From an uncultured Gemmatimonadales bacterium (GTDB lineage: Bacteria; Actinomycetota; Acidimicrobiia; Spongiisociales; UBA5794): a stretch of 64,000 bases of DNA. Shown here piece after piece: positions 59,298 to 64,000 of the stretch (positions within the stretch are counted from its first letter, which is position 1; each line of letters begins with the position of its first letter). Location: NCBI GenBank assembly GCA_964195945.1, contig CAXMRC010000201.1, forward strand, positions 12,652 to 76,651, read 5' to 3'. The notes under the pieces are model-generated. The model worked only from the letters and a program-made list of their open reading frames with translations, was not told where the DNA came from and did no database searches. A program made the position numbers and the translations under genes.

Positions 59298-59609
59298 ATG
59301 GTGATGGCAAGCGACGACTGGCGGAACGATGCCACGGCCGCACTGTTCGACGCGGTGGTGTCCCTCGATAGCCGAGAGGAAACCGCCCAATTCTTCCGAG
59401 ACCTGTGCACCCGCCGCGAGTTGGAAGAGATCTCGCAGCGCTGGGCCGTCGTCAGAGAACTGGCAGAAGGCCACCCCTACCGCGAGATCGCAGGCGAGAC
59501 AGGCGTATCAACCGCCACCATCGTGCGTATCAATCAATGGCTCCGCCATGGAACCGGCGGCTACCAGGAAATGCTCGACAAACTCGGAATCGGCCAGGAG
59601 CACCAATGA
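59298..59609 (+). CDS. TrpR-like DNA-binding protein, YerC/YecD family
   Basis: LCTRRELEEISQRWAVVRELAEGHPYREIAGETGVSTATIVRINQWLRHG matches the YerC/YecD Trp-repressor-like fold. RBS AAGGAAG. The stop overlaps the hisG start (ATGA). Confidence 0.7.
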   Translation: MVMASDDWRNDATAALFDAVVSLDSREETAQFFRDLCTRRELEEISQRWAVVRELAEGHPYREIAGETGVSTATIVRINQWLRHGTGGYQEMLDKLGIGQEHQ

Positions 59610-60457
59610 CCATCCGCCTTGCTGTCCCCAACAAAGGACGGCTCCAGCAACCCACCGCAGCCATGCTCAAACAGGGCGGACTTTCCTACGAGAAGACCGA
59701 ACGAGCACTTGCCGTTCCAGTGCGAAATATGGACCTCGAGATCCTCTTTGTGAGGACCAACGACGTCCCGGAGTTTGTTGCCGACGGCGTCGCCGACCTC
59801 GGCATCACCGGGATCGACCTCCTCGCCGAGAGTGGTGCTGAACTCGAGATTGTCACCAAGCTTGGCTACGGAAGTTGCCGCTTGACTGCGGCCGTCCCCA
59901 AGGCATCCGACATAACAACCCTCGCAGGCCTCTCCGGGGCCCGGATCGCCACCTCCCACCCGGTCACGACACAGAGATTCTTTGACGAAAGAGCGATCCC
60001 GGTAACAACTGTCTCGCTGAGCGGCTCAGTTGAAGTTGCCCCAAAGCTGGACATCGCTGATGCCATCGTCGATCTGGTATCGAGCGGATCAACGATGCTC
60101 GTCAATGGGTTGCGCCCGATCGAGGACATCCTCGAATCGGAAGCAGTGCTGGTCGGTCGACCCGGTGCCTCACAGCAGAACGGCACCGTGGCCCAGATCA
60201 TCCTGACCATACAGTCGGTGATCGCGGCCAGGGCCAAGCGATACGTCATGATGAACGCGCCTGCCGAAGCAGTCGAGGCCATCGAAAGACTCATCCCCGG
60301 ATTCGAGGCACCCACCGTCATTCCCCTCGCCCACGATCACATGGTGGCAATTCACTCGGTAGTGGACTCGGCCCGTCTCGGAAGAGTCTTGCCGGAACTC
60401 AAAGAGGCGGGAGCCACCGGCATTCTCGTCCTCCCCATCGACCAATTGATCGCATAG
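59606..60457 (+). CDS. hisG: ATP phosphoribosyltransferase (long form)
   Basis: MTIRLAVPNKGRL...; PRPP-binding region IVDLVSSGSTM; C-terminal regulatory domain. The ORF opens at 59405. Confidence 0.9.
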   Translation: MTIRLAVPNKGRLQQPTAAMLKQGGLSYEKTERALAVPVRNMDLEILFVRTNDVPEFVADGVADLGITGIDLLAESGAELEIVTKLGYGSCRLTAAVPKASDITTLAGLSGARIATSHPVTTQRFFDERAIPVTTVSLSGSVEVAPKLDIADAIVDLVSSGSTMLVNGLRPIEDILESEAVLVGRPGASQQNGTVAQIILTIQSVIAARAKRYVMMNAPAEAVEAIERLIPGFEAPTVIPLAHDHMVAIHSVVDSARLGRVLPELKEAGATGILVLPIDQLIA

Positions 60458-60459
60458 CT

Positions 60460-61758
60460 ATGGACATCAGAACCATCACCCTCTCCGATCTGAACCCGAA
60501 ACAACGGGACGAATTGCTGCAACGATCTGCCGTCCCCGACCCGGCGCTGCGGGCCGCGGCTGCAGCCATCGTCAATGAGGTGCGCACCGGCGGCGACTCA
60601 GCTCTGGCCGACAGCAACGCACAATACGGCGGAGGGCTCGCCAGCGGTGCACTTCGAGTCGAGACCGCCGATCTGGAAGCTGCGCTCGACACCCTAGATC
60701 CGGTCACCCGAACCGCACTCGAAACCGCCGCGACCAACATCCGTAGAGGTCACGAACCGCAGCGACCCGTCGACCAGTCGCTAGAGACGGTCCCCGGGGT
60801 TCGCATCGATCGCCGCTGGACTGCTCTGCGCAGGATCGGCGTATACGTGCCCGGCGGCCGGGCCGCCTACCCGTCCAGCCTGCTCATGGGCGTCATCCCT
60901 GCCCAGATCGCGGGGGTGGCGGAGATCGTTGTAACCAGTCCCGCCGATGATGAAGGCCGCGTGTCGAAGACAATGCTCGCCGCCGCTGCTCTGCTCGGCG
61001 TCGACGAGGTCTATGTCACCGGAGGAGCCCAGGCAGTGGGCGCTCTCGCCTACGGAACCGAGACAATTCGCCCTGTCGAGAAGATTATTGGCCCCGGTAA
61101 TGCGTGGGTCACCGCCGCCAAGCTCGCAGTCTATGGCGATGTCGGCGTGGATCTACCCGCCGGGCCCAGCGAGGCTCTGGTCATCGCCGATGGCACCGCC
61201 GACCCAGCAATCATCGCCGCGGACCTCATGTGTCAAGCAGAACACGGCTCCGAATCTCCCGTTGCACTTGTTACCCCGGATCGTGAGTTCGCAGCCGAGG
61301 TCGTCACCGAAATCGACAGGCTCCTCCCCCGTCTCGAAAGAGACGAGATCATCCGAGTCGCGCTTGAAGATCACGGCCTCGTCGTCATAACCGACTCACT
61401 TACAGAAGCCATCGATTTCGCAAATCAATACGCTGCCGAGCATCTCTCGGTGCACACCGCAAACGCCGAGACCGATGCTTTGCTGACAACCGCCGCCGGT
61501 TCGGTCTTCGTCGGCCATTGGGCACCAGAGTCTGCGGGTGACTATGCCACCGGCGCCAACCACGTTCTGCCCACGGGAGGCCTGGCCGCTGCTTATGGCC
61601 CGCTCAGCGTCGAAGACTGCGGGTCCTGGCGTCAAGTACAAACCCTGACCGAAGCCGGTCTCGCCACACTCCGTCCCACTATCGGTGCTCTCGCCGAAGC
61701 GGAGGGGCTGACAGCTCACAAACTGGCCGTCGAGATCCGATTTGAGGGAGCGGAATGA
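60460..61758 (+). CDS. hisD: Histidinol dehydrogenase
   Basis: IGPGNAWVTAAK..., CQAEHGSESP and other zinc and NAD motifs. Confidence 0.9.
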   Translation: MDIRTITLSDLNPKQRDELLQRSAVPDPALRAAAAAIVNEVRTGGDSALADSNAQYGGGLASGALRVETADLEAALDTLDPVTRTALETAATNIRRGHEPQRPVDQSLETVPGVRIDRRWTALRRIGVYVPGGRAAYPSSLLMGVIPAQIAGVAEIVVTSPADDEGRVSKTMLAAAALLGVDEVYVTGGAQAVGALAYGTETIRPVEKIIGPGNAWVTAAKLAVYGDVGVDLPAGPSEALVIADGTADPAIIAADLMCQAEHGSESPVALVTPDREFAAEVVTEIDRLLPRLERDEIIRVALEDHGLVVITDSLTEAIDFANQYAAEHLSVHTANAETDALLTTAAGSVFVGHWAPESAGDYATGANHVLPTGGLAAAYGPLSVEDCGSWRQVQTLTEAGLATLRPTIGALAEAEGLTAHKLAVEIRFEGAE

Positions 61759-62807
61759 GGGCGCCGAAATACAAATGGCAGCCGACAACAGTTGAGATTG
61801 CAGCGTCCGCCGGTATCTCACTGGAAGATGTCGAACGTTTTGACCACAACACCTCTCCGTTCAGTACTGGGTGGGCTGCAGAGACAGCGGCGCAGGCACT
61901 CGCGGGGCTCAATGAGTATCCGGGTGCCAACTACAGGGGATTGCGTGAGGCAGCGGCAGAACTCTCCGGATTGGAGCCAGAGCAGATCGTGCCGGGGGCG
62001 GGAGCCGACGAGCTCATATTGCTATGCGGGCGCGCCTTTCTTGGCAGAGGCGCCACCGCCGTCGCAACGACGCCCACCTACCCGTTGTATGAGATCTCAA
62101 CTTTGCAGGCCGGAGCGGTGCTGCAATCGGTTCCCGCAGACGCGCCGGACTTTCACTTCCCAACCGATGGCGTGGTGAGGGCCGCTCGTGACGCTGACCT
62201 GGTGTGGATCTGTGCGCCGAGCAATCCCATTGGAAACGCAGTTCCCGACGCTGACGTCGATGCGATCATCGCGGCAACCGACGGACTAGTCGTCATCGAT
62301 GCCGCCTACGCCGAGTTCTCCGGCACCGACTGGTCGGAAAAGGTCGGCCGCATCCACAACGTGATCGTGCTCAGAACCCTCTCCAAGGCATTTGGCATCG
62401 CAGGCGCTCGGGTCGGATACGCCATGGCCCACCCTGATTTGATCGCTGCTATCGACGGGATTCGCCCGCCGGGGAGTATCTCTTCGGTCTCCGTCGACCT
62501 CGGCATTGCAGCCCTAAGCAAACCAGCGGCAATGCAAACAACCGTCGCCAGGGTCGTTGAGCTACGAACCGCCCTTGCCACATCGCTGAGCGCTCTCGGG
62601 CTACGCGTCCTCCCCTCTCAGACGAATTTCTTGCTGTGCGAGGTCGGCGATCAAGCTCACGTCATCGCAGAACAGCTCATGGGAGAAGGGCTCGTTGTCC
62701 GAAAGTTCCCCGCCGATGGGCCGTTGCGCAACTACCTACGTTTCACCGTTCGGTCCGCAGCCGCCCACTCCCGACTCATTTCAGCTCTCGAAAGGTACCT
62801 GCCATGA
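61755..62807 (+). CDS. hisC: Histidinol-phosphate aminotransferase
   Basis: Class II aminotransferase with PLP lysine in LRTLSKAFGIAGARVGY. ATGA overlap with hisD. Confidence 0.9.
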   Translation: MRAPKYKWQPTTVEIAASAGISLEDVERFDHNTSPFSTGWAAETAAQALAGLNEYPGANYRGLREAAAELSGLEPEQIVPGAGADELILLCGRAFLGRGATAVATTPTYPLYEISTLQAGAVLQSVPADAPDFHFPTDGVVRAARDADLVWICAPSNPIGNAVPDADVDAIIAATDGLVVIDAAYAEFSGTDWSEKVGRIHNVIVLRTLSKAFGIAGARVGYAMAHPDLIAAIDGIRPPGSISSVSVDLGIAALSKPAAMQTTVARVVELRTALATSLSALGLRVLPSQTNFLLCEVGDQAHVIAEQLMGEGLVVRKFPADGPLRNYLRFTVRSAAAHSRLISALERYLP

Positions 62808-63388
62808 CCAGAACCGCGTCCATCCAACGCAAGACGCTGGAGACAGATATCAAGATCAGTATCGATCTCGACGGCAGTGGCGTTGTCGATGTGTCAACCG
62901 GTGTCGGCTTCTACGATCACATGTTGACGGCATTTGGCCACCATGGTCTGTTCGACCTCGAGATCAAGACTGTCGGGGACCTTCACGTAGACGAGCATCA
63001 CACTGTCGAGGACACTGCGCTGGTCCTTGGCAGCGCTATTGCCGATGCCCTCGGCGACCGCACCGGGATTCGTCGCTACGGATCGGCAACGATCCCCATG
63101 GATGAGGCGGTGGCGACAGCCGTTGTCGACATCGGCGGTAGGCCGTATGCCGTCGTCGATCTTCCATTCACGACCGAACGCCTGGGGAGCCTCGGCACCC
63201 AGATGATCCCGCATGCGCTCGAGGCCTTTGCACGTACTTCGGGGTGCACGCTGAACCTATCGGCGCGAGGCACCAACGATCACCACATCGCTGAGGCAGC
63301 ATTCAAGGCGCTCGCATACGCAGTTCGTTCCGCCGTAGAGATCGATCCGCGACGTCAGGGTCTTGCCTCAACCAAGGGATCTACGTGA
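62804..63388 (+). CDS. hisB: Imidazoleglycerol-phosphate dehydratase
   Basis: RKTLETDIKISIDLDG...HHTVEDTALVLG...DHH; ATGA overlap with hisC. The ORF opens at 62636. Confidence 0.9.
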   Translation: MTRTASIQRKTLETDIKISIDLDGSGVVDVSTGVGFYDHMLTAFGHHGLFDLEIKTVGDLHVDEHHTVEDTALVLGSAIADALGDRTGIRRYGSATIPMDEAVATAVVDIGGRPYAVVDLPFTTERLGSLGTQMIPHALEAFARTSGCTLNLSARGTNDHHIAEAAFKALAYAVRSAVEIDPRRQGLASTKGST

Positions 63389-63999
63389 GCCGGATCGCAG
63401 TCATCGATCACGGGGCGGGCAACCTTGTCTCCATAGCCCAGGGCCTTACCAGAGCCGGAGCCGACGTGACCATCGCCGATGCACCGAGCGGACTTGGAGA
63501 CGCCGATGGCATCGTATTGCCGGGAGTCGGCACCACCGGTGCTGCAATGGGCCGCCTGACCGAGGCAGGGCTGGTCGAACCTCTCCGCAGGTGGGAACGC
63601 CCGCTCCTCGGCATCTGCGTTGGCCTGCAGTTGTTCTTCGACCACTCTGAGGAAGACGGCACAGATGCGCTTGGGCTCATGCGAGGAAGGGTGACCAGTC
63701 TCGAGGACACTCCCCTTCTCCCTCACATCGGATGGAATGATGTCTCGTTTCAGCCGGATCCGCTGTTTGCGGGCGTGCCGACGGACGCCACGTTCTACTT
63801 CGTGCATTCCTATGCGGTGGTGCCAGACGACGACAGTCTGATCATCGCAAGGACCGAGTATGGGAAGCCTTTCGTAGCCGCGGCTCGCTCCGGCAACAGG
63901 GTCGGGGTCCAGTTCCACCCAGAACGCTCTGGTGCGTCCGGGCTGCGGATGCTGGCCAACTTCGTCGCCGAAAGTGCGAGGAGCAGCGATGTTGCGTAA
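63385..63999 (+). CDS. hisH: Imidazole glycerol phosphate synthase, glutamine amidotransferase subunit
   Basis: IAVIDHGAGNL..., catalytic Cys in GICVGLQL, HSY...FHPE. GTGA overlap with hisB. Confidence 0.9.
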   Translation: MSRIAVIDHGAGNLVSIAQGLTRAGADVTIADAPSGLGDADGIVLPGVGTTGAAMGRLTEAGLVEPLRRWERPLLGICVGLQLFFDHSEEDGTDALGLMRGRVTSLEDTPLLPHIGWNDVSFQPDPLFAGVPTDATFYFVHSYAVVPDDDSLIIARTEYGKPFVAAARSGNRVGVQFHPERSGASGLRMLANFVAESARSSDVA

Positions 64000-64000
64000 A

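Overview
This 64 kb window is a high-GC actinobacterial chromosomal segment. F420-dependent enzymes, DUF3040, the MoxR-DUF58-transglutaminase triad, a ZAS anti-sigma factor and a PriA-type hisA all point that way. It is mostly core metabolism with several less-characterised islands. I found no rRNA or tRNA genes, no CRISPR array and no transposases.

Recognisable content, in order:
- A partial Ddn-like F420H2 nitroreductase gene at the 5' edge.
- A universal stress protein (USP), an HNH endonuclease, a serine-recombinase-domain-only protein and two translationally coupled unknown genes.
- The MoxR AAA+ / DUF58 / TgpA-like transglutaminase triad.
- A MerR regulator plus DUF3040, DinB, a histidine phosphatase, and a cupredoxin-like lipoprotein followed by two membrane proteins.
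- A complete fabD-fabH-fabG-acpP-fabF cluster.
- A HExxH membrane protein, threonine aldolase, aminotransferase, DUF1232, ROK kinase, an ArsA/Get3-like ATPase with an HSP20-like tail, an SRPBCC protein, a methyltransferase, a metallophosphoesterase and QueG.
- A YczE-like membrane protein, a small Cys4 ORF, an LLM-class F420-dependent oxidoreductase and an extended NYN/YacP-like protein.
- ilvB with an upstream leader peptide and attenuator, then ilvN, ilvC, leuA/cimA and leuB.
- An M1 aminopeptidase lipoprotein, a DapA-family enzyme, and a SigH-like ECF sigma / ZAS anti-sigma / MscS-like operon.
- pntAA-pntAB-pntB, an amidohydrolase, an ABC-2 exporter pair, an archaeal-type SAM synthetase and an AlkA-like glycosylase.
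- A Pro-rich septum-formation-like protein, a mandelate racemase/muconate lactonizing enzyme family (MR/MLE) enolase, a giant TPM-domain protein with a Gly-rich tail, and a TrmH methyltransferase.
- A DsbA-like protein, a DnaQ exonuclease / GIY-YIG fusion, and a CDC48-like double AAA ATPase.
- hisA divergent from a TrpR-like (YerC) gene that is translationally coupled to hisG-hisD-hisC-hisB-hisH.

The candidates most worth a second look are:
- a small Cys4 gene with a strong RBS, divergent from the F420 oxidoreductase;
- an archaeal-type MAT in a bacterial context;
- the TrpR-like gene at the head of the his operon, with CTAG motifs at 8-bp spacing in its promoter region;
- the ilvB leader and attenuator;
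- the HNH / recombinase-domain island;
- the sigma / anti-sigma / MscS operon;
- the DnaQ-GIY-YIG and CDC48-like AAA pair.
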